A DNA stretch of 29,409 bases from Candidatus Aenigmatarchaeota archaeon (lineage in GTDB: Archaea; Aenigmatarchaeota; Aenigmatarchaeia; CG10238-14; SpSt-28): the NCBI GenBank assembly GCA_039000985.1, contig JAWBMD010000012.1, positions 1 through 29,409 on the forward strand, in the 5' to 3' direction. The translations under genes were made by a program, and so were the position numbers. Positions 17,774 through 28,108 of this stretch are shown here, piece after piece (positions within the stretch are counted from its first letter, which is position 1; each line of letters starts with the position of its first letter). The notes below the pieces were generated by a model. That model was given only the letters and a program-made list of their open reading frames with translations, made no database searches and was not told the origin of the DNA.

Positions 17774-17789
17774 TAGTATTTAAATACTA
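17774..17789. promoter_or_regulatory. Perfect 16-bp palindrome containing the putative pilin TATA box
   Basis: TAGTATTTAAATACTA; TTTAAATA on the minus strand about 20 nt upstream of the pilin ATG. Confidence 0.45.
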
Positions 17790-17962
17790 TTTTTCTAGCT
17801 TTAAAAACAAGTTTTCTACCACATAATTAACCAAAAACAAAACTTGCTCTATTTTTTAAAATAATATTCTGTCATCTTTAATATTACCTTTCCCCAGCTA
17901 GCTTTTTTAACATTTTAGGAAATTAGAAATTTTTTACAGTAGGATGAGTCACCTTTTAACTC

Positions 17963-20287
17963 CTAACTTGAAGAACCAATAGAATAGATTTTGCTTTCAA
18001 CATCATAAACAATTTTTTTAGTTTTTAAGACAACATCAGGATTAACAGAAATTGAATCTATACCACATTTAACTAAAAACTCAGTAAATTCTGGATAAAA
18101 GCTTGGAGCTTGCCCACATATAGAAACTGTAACTTTTGCTTTATGTGCCTCTTTTATCAAAGTTTTTATTGCTCTCAAAACAGCTTCATCTCTTTCATCA
18201 AAATAACCCATATTTGTTAAAATTGCAGAATCCCTATCTACACCCAAAATTAATTGAGTTAAGTCATTACTTCCAATAGAAAACCCATCACAATAATTTG
18301 CAAATTCTTTAGCTAATAAAATAACACTAGGAACTTCAGCCATAATCCAAACTTTAAAGCTTTCACTTCTTTTTAAACCTTCTTCTTCCATAATTTTTAT
18401 AACTTTTTCAACTTCCCAAACATTTCTAACAAAAGGTAACATAACCCAAACATTATCAAGCTTATATTCTTCCCTAACTTTTTTAATAGCTTTACATTCC
18501 AATCTAAAAGCTTTCTCAAAATTTTTGCTTATGTATCTAGAAACACCTCTCCATCCGAGCATTGGATTAGCTTCATTTGGCTCAAACTTTTCTCCACCAA
18601 GCAATTTTCTATATTCATTAGTTTTGAAGTCGCTGAACCTAACAACAACAAACCTTGGATAAATAGCTTTAGCAACCATAGCTATTCCTTCAGCTAATTT
18701 ATCAATATACTTTTGCTCTTCTCCTTTTTCAATTAAATAGCTAGGATGCTCTTTAACCCATTCTGCAATTATAAATTCAATTCTCATTAATCCAATTCCT
18801 TCAAATGGTAAATCTTTGTATTTTTCTATTTCTATTGGCACACCTAAATTCATTAATATTTTTGTTTTTGTTTTTAAACCAGCGACATCCTTTAAAGAAA
18901 TTTCTTCTGCTTTCTCTCTTTCTATTAGTTCTTTAACTTCTCCTTCATAAACAAAACCATTTCTTGCATCAACAGTTATTATCATTTCATCTTTTAATTT
19001 ATTTAAAGCTTCGGTTGCACCAACTATGCAAGGTATTCCAAGTTCTCTAGAAACAATGCTTGCATGAGAAGTTAATCCACCTTCTGTTGTTATGATTGTT
19101 GAAGCGATTTTCATAAATGGCGTCCAATCTGGAGAAGTCATTTTGGTCACCAATATATCTCCTTTTTCTATTTTTTTACTTGCTTCCTCAACACTTAATG
19201 CAATCTTAACTTTTCCTATAGCTACTCCAGGAGAAGCAGCTAAACCTTTAAACAAAGGAGTTTTTTCAATAACTATTTTGCTTTCTTTCTTTTCATAAAA
19301 AACAGTTACTGGTCTGGATTGAACCAAATAAACTTTTTCATTTTCGGAAACCCATTCAAAATCTTGTGGAAAATTATAATGTTTTTCAAGCTTTAATGCT
19401 AATTCCCAGAGTTGTTTTATTTCATTTTCATTTAAAGAAAGTTTTTCTTTTAAGTAAAAAGAGGTTTCAATTTCTTCTAATTCTCCTTTTTCGCTTGTTA
19501 TTCTCATTTTTTCCTTTCTTCCAACATGAAATTCAAAAACATTTCCAGTATTTTTATCAATTATTATTGTATCTGGATTAACTAAGCCACTAACTACACT
19601 TTCTCCTTGGCCATAAGAAGATTCTATTACAATTTTATCTTTTTCTCCAGTTGAAGGATGAATTGTAAAACCAACTCCAGCTTTGTATTTACCTTCCTCA
19701 TATTCTTTTCTCGATAGCATACCAAGTTGCTTTTGAACTATTACAGCTATATAAACTTTTTCATGTTTAAATCCTTTTTGCTCCCTATAGAAAGTTGATC
19801 TAGGTGTAAAAAGAGATGCCCAACATTTTTTTACCCCATCTAAAACATTTTCCACTCCTTTTACATTAAGTAAGGTTAGTTGGAGTCCAGCAAAACTAGC
19901 GTTTGGAGCGTCTTCAGAATTGGCTGAGCTTCTTATAGCTACAGATATTTCAGTTTCTCCAAATTCTTCACATAATTTTTTATAAGCTTCTTTTATTTCA
20001 TCTTCTATTTCTTTTGGCGTGGGAGAACTTTCAATAAGTTCTCTAATTTTTCTTGTAGATTCCTCTAAATTTTTTGGATCATTGAAATTTGTTTTTTTAA
20101 GAATTTTTTTAATTTTAGCCATAAGCTTATTTTTTGCTATAAAATGCTTGTAAGCTTCTATAGTAACAACAAAAGCATTTGGTACAGGTAAGCCAGCATT
20201 TAACATTTCACCCAAATTAGCTGCTTTTCCACCAACTAACAAAATATCATTTTTCGAAATTTCTCTTAACCACCTAACAAACTTCAT
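17963..20287 (-). CDS. ppsA: Phosphoenolpyruvate synthase (pyruvate,water dikinase)
   Basis: VGGKAANLGEM, RSSANSED..ASFAG, phospho-His motif GGLTSHASIVSRELG, EANPMLGWRG, SIGSNDLTQ and ICGQ. Confidence 0.96.
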   Translation of the reverse strand: MKFVRWLREISKNDILLVGGKAANLGEMLNAGLPVPNAFVVTIEAYKHFIAKNKLMAKIKKILKKTNFNDPKNLEESTRKIRELIESSPTPKEIEDEIKEAYKKLCEEFGETEISVAIRSSANSEDAPNASFAGLQLTLLNVKGVENVLDGVKKCWASLFTPRSTFYREQKGFKHEKVYIAVIVQKQLGMLSRKEYEEGKYKAGVGFTIHPSTGEKDKIVIESSYGQGESVVSGLVNPDTIIIDKNTGNVFEFHVGRKEKMRITSEKGELEEIETSFYLKEKLSLNENEIKQLWELALKLEKHYNFPQDFEWVSENEKVYLVQSRPVTVFYEKKESKIVIEKTPLFKGLAASPGVAIGKVKIALSVEEASKKIEKGDILVTKMTSPDWTPFMKIASTIITTEGGLTSHASIVSRELGIPCIVGATEALNKLKDEMIITVDARNGFVYEGEVKELIEREKAEEISLKDVAGLKTKTKILMNLGVPIEIEKYKDLPFEGIGLMRIEFIIAEWVKEHPSYLIEKGEEQKYIDKLAEGIAMVAKAIYPRFVVVRFSDFKTNEYRKLLGGEKFEPNEANPMLGWRGVSRYISKNFEKAFRLECKAIKKVREEYKLDNVWVMLPFVRNVWEVEKVIKIMEEEGLKRSESFKVWIMAEVPSVILLAKEFANYCDGFSIGSNDLTQLILGVDRDSAILTNMGYFDERDEAVLRAIKTLIKEAHKAKVTVSICGQAPSFYPEFTEFLVKCGIDSISVNPDVVLKTKKIVYDVESKIYSIGSSS

Positions 20288-20317
20288 AATTATAACTTAT
20301 TAAAATAAAATTAAAGT

Positions 20318-21142
20318 ATGTTATATGTTATAAAAGCAGATGGAAGCAAGCAATTATTTGACAAAGAAAAAATTTTTTACACATGTATTAGATTAGGATT
20401 AACAGTACAACAAGCAAAAAAAGTTTCTGATGAAATTGAGAGGAAAATATATGATGGAATACATACAAGAAAAATTTTGGGCATGGTTTTTAAGCTAGCT
20501 TCTGAATATAAACCAGATTTAAAATTTATAATGGGTTTAAAAGAAAGCATTTCACTATTAAGATCTAAACCAGATTTTGAAAAATTTATTGAAAAAATAT
20601 TAAAAAATCTTGGCTATGAAACGAAAACAAATTTGATTATAGAAGGAAAATGTATTGAACATGAAATCGATATAATAGCAAAAAGTGAAAAAGAATTTTT
20701 AATGGTTGAGGTAAAACATCATGTGAATCCTCACGAACCAGTTCCATTAGATATTTTTTTAAAAGTTAATTCTGTTTTTCAAGACATAAAAGAAGGTTTC
20801 GAATTAAAAAAACATAACTTCAATTTCACAAATGTTTTAATAGTTTGTAATACAAAAGTTTCTCAACATGCAATGAGATATGGGACTTGTAAAGGAATTA
20901 AATTTATAGCTTGGAAATATCCAAAAGAAAATAGCTTGGAAATATTAATTGAAAAATATAAACTTTACCCAATAACAATTTTAAAAAGTATTGAAATAGA
21001 AGAAACCTATAAATTATGTGATGCTGGAATTTTAACATTAAAAGATTTAATCAATAGCAACCCAAATGAAATTTCCATTAAGACAAAAATAAATCAAAAA
21101 AGAATAGAAGAATTACAAAAAATAGCAATAAAAGTTAGTTAA
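20318..21142 (+). CDS. ATP-cone plus Mrr-like PD-(D/E)xK endonuclease protein with an HhH-like tail
   Basis: ATP cone VIKADGSKQLFDKEKI; FEKFIEKILKNLGY; EIDIIA...VEVK; C-terminal LCDAGILTLKDL. Confidence 0.85.
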   Translation: MLYVIKADGSKQLFDKEKIFYTCIRLGLTVQQAKKVSDEIERKIYDGIHTRKILGMVFKLASEYKPDLKFIMGLKESISLLRSKPDFEKFIEKILKNLGYETKTNLIIEGKCIEHEIDIIAKSEKEFLMVEVKHHVNPHEPVPLDIFLKVNSVFQDIKEGFELKKHNFNFTNVLIVCNTKVSQHAMRYGTCKGIKFIAWKYPKENSLEILIEKYKLYPITILKSIEIEETYKLCDAGILTLKDLINSNPNEISIKTKINQKRIEELQKIAIKVS

Positions 21143-22182
21143 GCTCCTATTCCTAAGCTTTTATTTGTTTTCTCTATGCTTTTCCATTTATCTTTCTCTA
21201 TTCCACTCATTGCTCTTATAACATCAACATTTTCTGGAATAACTGTTGCTTCTTGATGAACAACTTGCAAATACCTTATTCTATTTTTATCTACATTTAT
21301 TAAACCATTTATTATAGCAACTTCATACATATCGTATCTTGGTCTTAAACAATCTCTAAACCTTTCTATTATTGTTGAAGTAGCTAAATAGTCTTTCGAA
21401 TCTAGCAAAATTATTCTTGAATGTTCTTTAAATGCATTTATAACTTCTTCAACCGAAGTTTCTTTTTTAGCTAGAATATCAACAACATGTACATGAGCTA
21501 AAGTTGTTGGAACTTTTACCGCCATTGAAAAAATGTTCAAATTCTTCATTACAGTTTTTACATCTATTGCATGATGTGAGGGAACATGCTTATCAAATTC
21601 TATTGCATTTATTGGTCCTTTTGTATATTCATGAGGATCTGCTGCTCTTCTAGCCAAAGCAACAAAAGCATATTCTATTGGTATTTTTCTTTCTACTGCA
21701 CTTAATGTTCTTATTAATCCTGTTGTATTGCAACTTGGAACTCTAACATATTTTTTGTTAAAAGCTTCCTCATAATTATAAAATGAGTTAAAGCTAACTT
21801 CTGCAACATCACTCTTCTCTCCTCCTTGAAAAACAGCTCTTACTCCATATTTTTCATAAATGTTTTTCTTATTTTGAGCACCAACCCCTTCTGGAGAACA
21901 ATCTATTACAATATCTACCTTACCACTTTTTAAAACTTCTTCTAAAGTTCCTTTAACTTCTAAACCCTCTTTTTTCATTGCTTCCAAAGATTCCTGATTT
22001 ATTGCATATAAATCGGTACCATGTAATATACTATTCTCACTTAAAGCTACTTTTACAGCAGGACTTGGTGATCTTGTTGATATACCAACTAGCTTTATAT
22101 CATCCTGGAGTTTTATCGCATAAGCAACTCTTTTTCCTATTGTTCCGAAACCATTAACAAGAACGGAAGGCTTCTCTTTCAT
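21139..22182 (-). CDS. gap: Archaeal (class II) glyceraldehyde-3-phosphate dehydrogenase
   Basis: NGFGTIGKRVA, FQGGEK, catalytic SCNTTGL, RRAADP and HQEATVIPENVD. Confidence 0.96.
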   Translation of the reverse strand: MKEKPSVLVNGFGTIGKRVAYAIKLQDDIKLVGISTRSPSPAVKVALSENSILHGTDLYAINQESLEAMKKEGLEVKGTLEEVLKSGKVDIVIDCSPEGVGAQNKKNIYEKYGVRAVFQGGEKSDVAEVSFNSFYNYEEAFNKKYVRVPSCNTTGLIRTLSAVERKIPIEYAFVALARRAADPHEYTKGPINAIEFDKHVPSHHAIDVKTVMKNLNIFSMAVKVPTTLAHVHVVDILAKKETSVEEVINAFKEHSRIILLDSKDYLATSTIIERFRDCLRPRYDMYEVAIINGLINVDKNRIRYLQVVHQEATVIPENVDVIRAMSGIEKDKWKSIEKTNKSLGIGA

Positions 22183-22217
22183 AAATAAAAATTAATTATA
22201 ATTAATAAATATAATTT

Positions 22218-23453
22218 ATGATTAAAGAATTTTTCTTGATGAATGATTTTGACTTAAAAAATAAAACAGTTGCAATAAGAGTTGATTTAAATACAGATTT
22301 TATAGAAAGCAGAGCTATTAAAAATGAAAGATTTGAAAGACATGCTAAAACAATTAAAGAACTTATAGAAAATAATGCTAAAATAATAATTATTGCCCAT
22401 CAAGGAAGAAAAGGTGATCCAGATTTTTTCCCATTAGAACAGCATGCAAAAATACTTTCAGAAGAAGTTGGTTATGAAATAAAGTTTGTAAATGATTTAA
22501 TTGGTGAAGAAGCAAAAAAAGCAATAGAAAATTTGAAAAATGGAGAAGCTATTCTTTTAGATAATGTTAGAAAGCTTGATGATGAGGATAAAAATAAAAG
22601 TATTGATGAGCATACTAATTCTTCTTTAGTAAAATTTTTAAAGCAGTATATAGATTTTTATATCCTTGACGCATTTTCTGTTGCACATAGAGCACATAGC
22701 AGTGTTGTTGGATTTGCTAAAGTTAAACCAATGATAGCTGGTAGAGTTATGGAAAGCGAAATAGAAAGTGTTAAAAATGCTTTAAAATCACTTGGATTAA
22801 ATGTTTGGGTAGTTGGTGGTGCAAAAATAGATGATATTATAAATGTTTTAGAAAGTGTTTTTGAAAATAAACCAGAAAGTATTGATAGAGTATTAACAGG
22901 TGGTTTATTAGCAAATTTGTTTTTATTTGTTAATGGATATGAAATAGGTTCAAAAAGTTTGGAAATATTAAAAAGTAAATTCCAACAAGAATTATTTGAA
23001 AGGGCAAAAAATCTTTTAAATAAATATAAAAAAGAAATTATTTTGCCAATTGATGTTGCTATTGAAGAAAATGGAAAAAGAAAAGAAGTTAAAATCGGAA
23101 ATATTCCAAAAGATGCTTTGATTTTAGATATTGGAAGAAAAACAATAAAAACGTATAAAGATATTTTAAATGGAGCAAGAAGCGTTATAGTAAAAGGTCC
23201 TATTGGAATGTTTGAAAGGAAAGGATTTGAAAAAGGAACAAAAGAAATTTTGAAACATATAGCGAATTTAGATGCATTTAGTTTAATTGGTGGTGGAGAT
23301 ACTAGTGTTGCAATAAAAGAATTGAAAATAAAAGGAAAATTTGGTTATATAAGTGTTGGTGGTGGTGCTTTATTAACATTTTTATCAGGAAAACCAATGC
23401 CGGGAATAGAAGCTTTAAAAGTTAGCTATTCGTTCTTTAGTCAAAAACTTTAA
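22218..23453 (+). CDS. pgk: Phosphoglycerate kinase
   Basis: RVDLN, AHQGR, DAFSVAHRAHSS, GGAKIDD, GGGDT and SVGGGA. Confidence 0.96.
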   Translation: MIKEFFLMNDFDLKNKTVAIRVDLNTDFIESRAIKNERFERHAKTIKELIENNAKIIIIAHQGRKGDPDFFPLEQHAKILSEEVGYEIKFVNDLIGEEAKKAIENLKNGEAILLDNVRKLDDEDKNKSIDEHTNSSLVKFLKQYIDFYILDAFSVAHRAHSSVVGFAKVKPMIAGRVMESEIESVKNALKSLGLNVWVVGGAKIDDIINVLESVFENKPESIDRVLTGGLLANLFLFVNGYEIGSKSLEILKSKFQQELFERAKNLLNKYKKEIILPIDVAIEENGKRKEVKIGNIPKDALILDIGRKTIKTYKDILNGARSVIVKGPIGMFERKGFEKGTKEILKHIANLDAFSLIGGGDTSVAIKELKIKGKFGYISVGGGALLTFLSGKPMPGIEALKVSYSFFSQKL

Positions 23454-24548
23454 ATAAGGCAAATACTCGCTTTTTAACTTTTTAGTGGAGCAGTTTAATT
23501 TTTTTGATAGCTCTAATAATTTTTCTTTTTCTGCTCTTCTTTCTAACTTAGTTAATGATTGATATTTTAAAACAAACGGATATGAATATTTTGTAAATTT
23601 TTTATAAACTTCTTTTTTAGCAATTGATACTCCAATTGTCATTAAATCGTTAGCATATTTAGCAAGCTTCCAATAATTTCTATGTATAATTCTTACCCTA
23701 AACAAATCTGCTTTAGCTAATGCTTCAAAAGCTTTTTTAATTTCATCTATTTTTTCATATTCATTTTGAATGTTTTCATAAATCCAAAGCATGATTGTAT
23801 CCATATCTATATCAACATTTAAAAAGCTCATTCTAGCTGCTGTTAAAGAAGTTGTTTTAAAAAGAATTTTAAGTGATTCAAATATTTCAATTTCCCTATC
23901 TCTATAACTCAAAACTTCTAAATCCTCTTTAGTAACTTTTGTTTTTTCTCTACAAACCATTTCCAAATCATTTATACAAGCTCTCAAATCACCTTTATTT
24001 CTTTCTGTTATTGCATTTATTACTTCTTGTTCAACTGCTATTTTTTCATTAGCACAAATTTCCTTTAATCTTTTTTTAATATCCCAAGCAGATAATGGTT
24101 TAAATTTTATTTGAATACAATATTCGAGCAAAGGTTTCATTTTTTGTTCATAAATATCATTGGCTGTTAAAACAATCGGATATTTGCTAGATTTTATTAT
24201 TCCAATAACAGCATTTATACCACCTATATCATCTAAGCCATCGGCTTCATCTATCAAAAAAATTTTAGACTTTTTGAAAAGACTTTTTACTTTCATTGCA
24301 TTTCCAAATACTTGCTCTATTTTGCTTTTTGACCTAACATCACTAGCATTCATTTGAACAATTTCCAAATTATTTTCATTTGCAAAAGCCTCAACAAAAC
24401 AAGTCTTTCCTATACCTGGAGGGCCAAAAAGCAATGCTGCTTTTTCACCAGGTTTCCAATTTTTAAACCAATTATTAAAAGCTTCTAAAGCTTCTTTTTG
24501 ATTAACAAAATCTTTTAAAGTTTTTGGTCTATATTTTACTATCCACAT
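23415..24548 (-). CDS. rfcL: Replication factor C large subunit
   Basis: WIVKYRP, GPPGIGKT, MNASDVR, IDEADG and GDLRACINDL. Confidence 0.93.
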   Translation of the reverse strand: MWIVKYRPKTLKDFVNQKEALEAFNNWFKNWKPGEKAALLFGPPGIGKTCFVEAFANENNLEIVQMNASDVRSKSKIEQVFGNAMKVKSLFKKSKIFLIDEADGLDDIGGINAVIGIIKSSKYPIVLTANDIYEQKMKPLLEYCIQIKFKPLSAWDIKKRLKEICANEKIAVEQEVINAITERNKGDLRACINDLEMVCREKTKVTKEDLEVLSYRDREIEIFESLKILFKTTSLTAARMSFLNVDIDMDTIMLWIYENIQNEYEKIDEIKKAFEALAKADLFRVRIIHRNYWKLAKYANDLMTIGVSIAKKEVYKKFTKYSYPFVLKYQSLTKLERRAEKEKLLELSKKLNCSTKKLKSEYLPYLKFLTKERIANF

Positions 24549-25513
24549 TACTTTTTCTTTGAGCTAAAGCTTGCTACACTAGCTAATAAACTTGTTAATT
24601 GAATTAATTCATTAGCACCTTCAGAAATTCTATAATCTATTTCTCCACATTTTTCTAAAAGAACAACTTTTGCATCATCGCTCAAATTTAAACTTATAAT
24701 TTGTCTATGAATTTCTGATATTAAATCACTTCCACTTAAACCTCTTTTTATTATTAGTTCTTCTAAAATCTTTTTAGCTTCTAAAAATTTTCCATCAACT
24801 GCTAAATCTAACATTTCTTTAACTTCTTTAGGTTTGGCTAATGAAGCAGCTTCATATATATCATCTTCATCTATTTCTTTTTTAATGCTTGCAGCAACTT
24901 GCAATATATTTGCAACTTTTCTCAAATCACCCTCACAAATTCTAATTATAGCTTCCTTTCCATTTTTTGTTATTTTTAATTTTTCATTTTTTTCAATTCT
25001 TTCTATAAATTCTAAAACATATTTATCTTCTAAAGCTTTAAACCTGAAAACAGCTGCCCTACTTTGTAATGGTTCTATTATTTTATTTGAATAATTTGCT
25101 GTAAAAATAAATCTAGTTATAGAACTAAAATCTTCCATTATTCTTCTCAAAGCTTGCTGAGCATCGCTTGTCATAGCATCTGCCTCATCCATTATTATTA
25201 TTTTAAAAGGAACATCACCAATAGGTTTTGTTCTTGCAAACTCTTTTACTTGAGTTCTAACATCTTCTATACGTCTTTCATCTGAAGCATTTAACTGCAA
25301 TACATTTTGCCTCCAAGATTCTCCATATAACTCTTTAGCTATAACTAAAGACAATGTAGTTTTTCCACAACCAGGAGGACCAGAAAATATCATATGCGGA
25401 ATATTCTTTGATTTAACAAAAGCCTCTACTCTTTCAACAACATGCTTTTGATTAATTATTTCATCAAATTTTATTGGTCTATATTTTTCGGCCCATACAA
25501 CAAATTCCTGCAT
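24548..25513 (-). CDS. rfcS: Replication factor C small subunit (no intein)
   Basis: WAEKYRP, GPPGCGKTT, LNASDER, DEADAMTSDAQQALRR and IIEPLQSR. Confidence 0.96.
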   Translation of the reverse strand: MQEFVVWAEKYRPIKFDEIINQKHVVERVEAFVKSKNIPHMIFSGPPGCGKTTLSLVIAKELYGESWRQNVLQLNASDERRIEDVRTQVKEFARTKPIGDVPFKIIIMDEADAMTSDAQQALRRIMEDFSSITRFIFTANYSNKIIEPLQSRAAVFRFKALEDKYVLEFIERIEKNEKLKITKNGKEAIIRICEGDLRKVANILQVAASIKKEIDEDDIYEAASLAKPKEVKEMLDLAVDGKFLEAKKILEELIIKRGLSGSDLISEIHRQIISLNLSDDAKVVLLEKCGEIDYRISEGANELIQLTSLLASVASFSSKKK

Positions 25514-25544
25514 ATATTATTAATTTATATTTCCAATTTAAAAG

Positions 25545-25811
25545 TTAAGCTCTCCTTAAATGTTCCGGATTAGAAATTATTATTTTTTCTCCAATTTTAA
25601 CCAAATATGCATTCCCTCTCTTACCAATAACCTCACCAACTTTACCTTTATATAGCTTATGTGGCATTCCTTTTTGTGATTGAGAATATGGTACTATACA
25701 CACTTTTTCTCCAATTTTAAATTCTTGCAAATAAACAGTTATTCCTTTTCTTTCTTTAAGTTTAAATGCTCTTCTTGTCCTACTTCTAAAGCCCTTTGAT
25801 TTTTTTACCAT
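25545..25811 (-). CDS. rpl21e: 50S ribosomal protein L21e
   Basis: SKGFRSRTR, KGMPH..YKGKVG and PEHLR. Confidence 0.93.
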   Translation of the reverse strand: MVKKSKGFRSRTRRAFKLKERKGITVYLQEFKIGEKVCIVPYSQSQKGMPHKLYKGKVGEVIGKRGNAYLVKIGEKIIISNPEHLRRA

Positions 25812-25838
25812 TAATAAAAATTCAGTTTAACATTATTT

Positions 25839-27134
25839 ATGTTAAAAAGTATAAGGGAAATTTTAAAAGGTGGATTAGAAAACGAAGAAGTAGAAATAAA
25901 TGGATGGATACATAATAAAAGAAGTAGCGGTAGTATAATTTTCTTTATAATTAGAGATGGTAGTGGCTTTCTACAGGTAACTGCAAGAAAAAGTAATTTA
26001 ACAAATTTTGAAGAATTGGAAAAAATAACTTTAGAAAGCTCTGTAAAAATTAAGGGCATTGTGAAAAAAGATGAAAGAGCACCTGGTAATTATGAAATAG
26101 AAGCAAAAAAAATAGAAATATATCATAAAGCTGAAGAAAACTTCCCATTTATGAGAAAACACAAATTTACTGTAAGTTTTATAATGAAAAATAGACATCT
26201 TTGGTTAAGGAGCAAAAAAATGTTTTATATATTAACAATAAGGTCGAGTGCTCTAAAATTTTTTAGAGAATGGTTTTTAAATAATGGTTATAAAGAGTTT
26301 CAATCACCAATAATTACAAAATCTGCTTGTGAAGGAGGAGCAACATTGTTTCCAGTAAATTATTTTGGTGAAGAAGCTTATCTAACACAATCCTGGCAAC
26401 TTTATGCTGAAGCAGCAATAGCAAGCTTAGGTAAAATATTTACTATAGCTCCGAGCTTTAGAGCTGAGAAATCTAAAACAAGAAGACATTTAGCAGAATA
26501 TTGGCATATAGAAGCAGAAGAACCATGGATAACATTAGAAGATTTAATGAAGATTGAAGAAAATTTGATTTCATATGTTTGTCAAAGAATTTGTGAAGAA
26601 AATTCATTCGAGCTACAACAACTTGGAAGAGATGTTGAAGAAATTAAAAAAGTGAAGCCACCATTTGAAAGAATAAAATATTCCGATGTAATAGAAATTC
26701 TAAAGAAAAAAGGAGTTAATATAAAATTTGGTGATGATTTGGGTGCTGATGAAGAAAGAATTTTTACTCAAGATTTAAAGCTTCCTGTTTTTGTTTATCT
26801 TTACCCAATTGAAATAAAAGCTTTTTATGTAAAAGAAGATGAAAATAATCCTGGATTGGGTTTATCGGTAGATTTATTAGCTCCTGAAGGATATGGGGAA
26901 ATAACTGGTGGTAGTATTAGAGAAGAAAATGTAGAAAAAATGAAAGAGAGATTAAAAAAAGAAAACTTAGATACAAAAAATTTTGAATGGTATTTTGATT
27001 TAAGAAGATTTGGCTCTGTCCCACATGGTGGATTTGGTCTGGGTTTAGAAAGATTTTTAATGTGGATTTGTAAGTTAAAGCATATAAGAGAAGCTATTGG
27101 ATTTCCAAGATTATTAAGAAAAGTTTATCCATAA
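25839..27134 (+). CDS. asnS: Asparagine--tRNA ligase
   Basis: OB fold (RDGSGFLQ), RHLWLRS, YLTQSWQLY, SFRAEKSKTRRHLAEYW and PHGGFGLGLER. Confidence 0.95.
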   Translation: MLKSIREILKGGLENEEVEINGWIHNKRSSGSIIFFIIRDGSGFLQVTARKSNLTNFEELEKITLESSVKIKGIVKKDERAPGNYEIEAKKIEIYHKAEENFPFMRKHKFTVSFIMKNRHLWLRSKKMFYILTIRSSALKFFREWFLNNGYKEFQSPIITKSACEGGATLFPVNYFGEEAYLTQSWQLYAEAAIASLGKIFTIAPSFRAEKSKTRRHLAEYWHIEAEEPWITLEDLMKIEENLISYVCQRICEENSFELQQLGRDVEEIKKVKPPFERIKYSDVIEILKKKGVNIKFGDDLGADEERIFTQDLKLPVFVYLYPIEIKAFYVKEDENNPGLGLSVDLLAPEGYGEITGGSIREENVEKMKERLKKENLDTKNFEWYFDLRRFGSVPHGGFGLGLERFLMWICKLKHIREAIGFPRLLRKVYP

Positions 27135-27165
27135 AAAAACTAAAAAGCAAGTTCGTGAAAAACAA

Positions 27166-27681
27166 TTATGATTTACTATTAAATCTTTCTACTGCTTTTT
27201 CAACATATTTAATTGCTTCTTCTCTTCCTACCCAATCCATAACTTTTACCCATTTACCTGGTTCTAACTCTTTATAATGCTCAAAAAAATGCTTTATTTC
27301 ATTTTTTAATGCTTCTGGTAAATCTCTAACATCTTTAATATTGCTCATTTTAGGATCTATTTTTTCAATAGGAACTGTGATTAGCTTTTCATCCTTACCT
27401 TCTTCATCCTCCATTATTAGCAAACCTATTGGTCTTACTTTTACTATGGTATTTGGTGCTATGCTTTCTGATGAAATAACTAAACAATCCAAAGGATCCC
27501 CATCTTCACATAATGTAGATGGTATAAAGCCATAGTTTGCTGGATATTGCATGCTTGTATGCAAAATTCTATCCAACTTTAAAACTCCTAGCTCTTTATC
27601 AAGCTCATATTTATTTCTAGAACCCTTTGGAATTTCTATGAATGCAATCAAGTAATCCTTCTCTTTAGCTGGAATCTTCAT
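27166..27681 (-). CDS. ppa: Family I inorganic pyrophosphatase
   Basis: [27 protein letters not shown] and FFEHYKELE. Confidence 0.96.
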   Translation of the reverse strand: MKIPAKEKDYLIAFIEIPKGSRNKYELDKELGVLKLDRILHTSMQYPANYGFIPSTLCEDGDPLDCLVISSESIAPNTIVKVRPIGLLIMEDEEGKDEKLITVPIEKIDPKMSNIKDVRDLPEALKNEIKHFFEHYKELEPGKWVKVMDWVGREEAIKYVEKAVERFNSKS

Positions 27682-27735
27682 AATAAATGATTAAGCTAAA
27701 CTCTATTTAAATTATCCCAAATAATATAACTTATT

Positions 27736-28107
27736 ATGGCAAAGGCATATGTAAAATTTGAACTACCTGATGAAATAAAAGAAAAAATCTTAAGAGTAAT
27801 AGAAATAGCTAGAGTAAAAGGTAAAATAAGGAAAGGTGTAAATGAAACTACAAGATCTGTAGAAAGAGGGGAAGCTAAATTTGTAGCTATCGCAGAAGAT
27901 GTTGAACCAGAAGAGATAGTAATGCATTTACCAATACTTTGCAAAGAAAAGGGAGTTCCATTTGGATATGTGAAAAACAAAAATTCACTTGGAGCATCAG
28001 CTGGATTAAACGTAGCAGCATCAAGCATAGCCATTATAGATGAGGGTGATGCAAAGGAAGAACTAAAATCATTAATAGAAGAAATAAACAAGATAGCGAA
28101 AGCATAA
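27736..28107 (+). CDS. rpl7ae: 50S ribosomal protein L7Ae
   Basis: [32 protein letters not shown] and LGASAGL. Confidence 0.97.
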   Translation: MAKAYVKFELPDEIKEKILRVIEIARVKGKIRKGVNETTRSVERGEAKFVAIAEDVEPEEIVMHLPILCKEKGVPFGYVKNKNSLGASAGLNVAASSIAIIDEGDAKEELKSLIEEINKIAKA

Positions 28108-28108
28108 A

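Noticed and set aside
17790..17962. Possible decayed gene between the pilin and ppsA
   Set aside because: Only short fragments (e.g. MLKKLAGER*) with no convincing family match.
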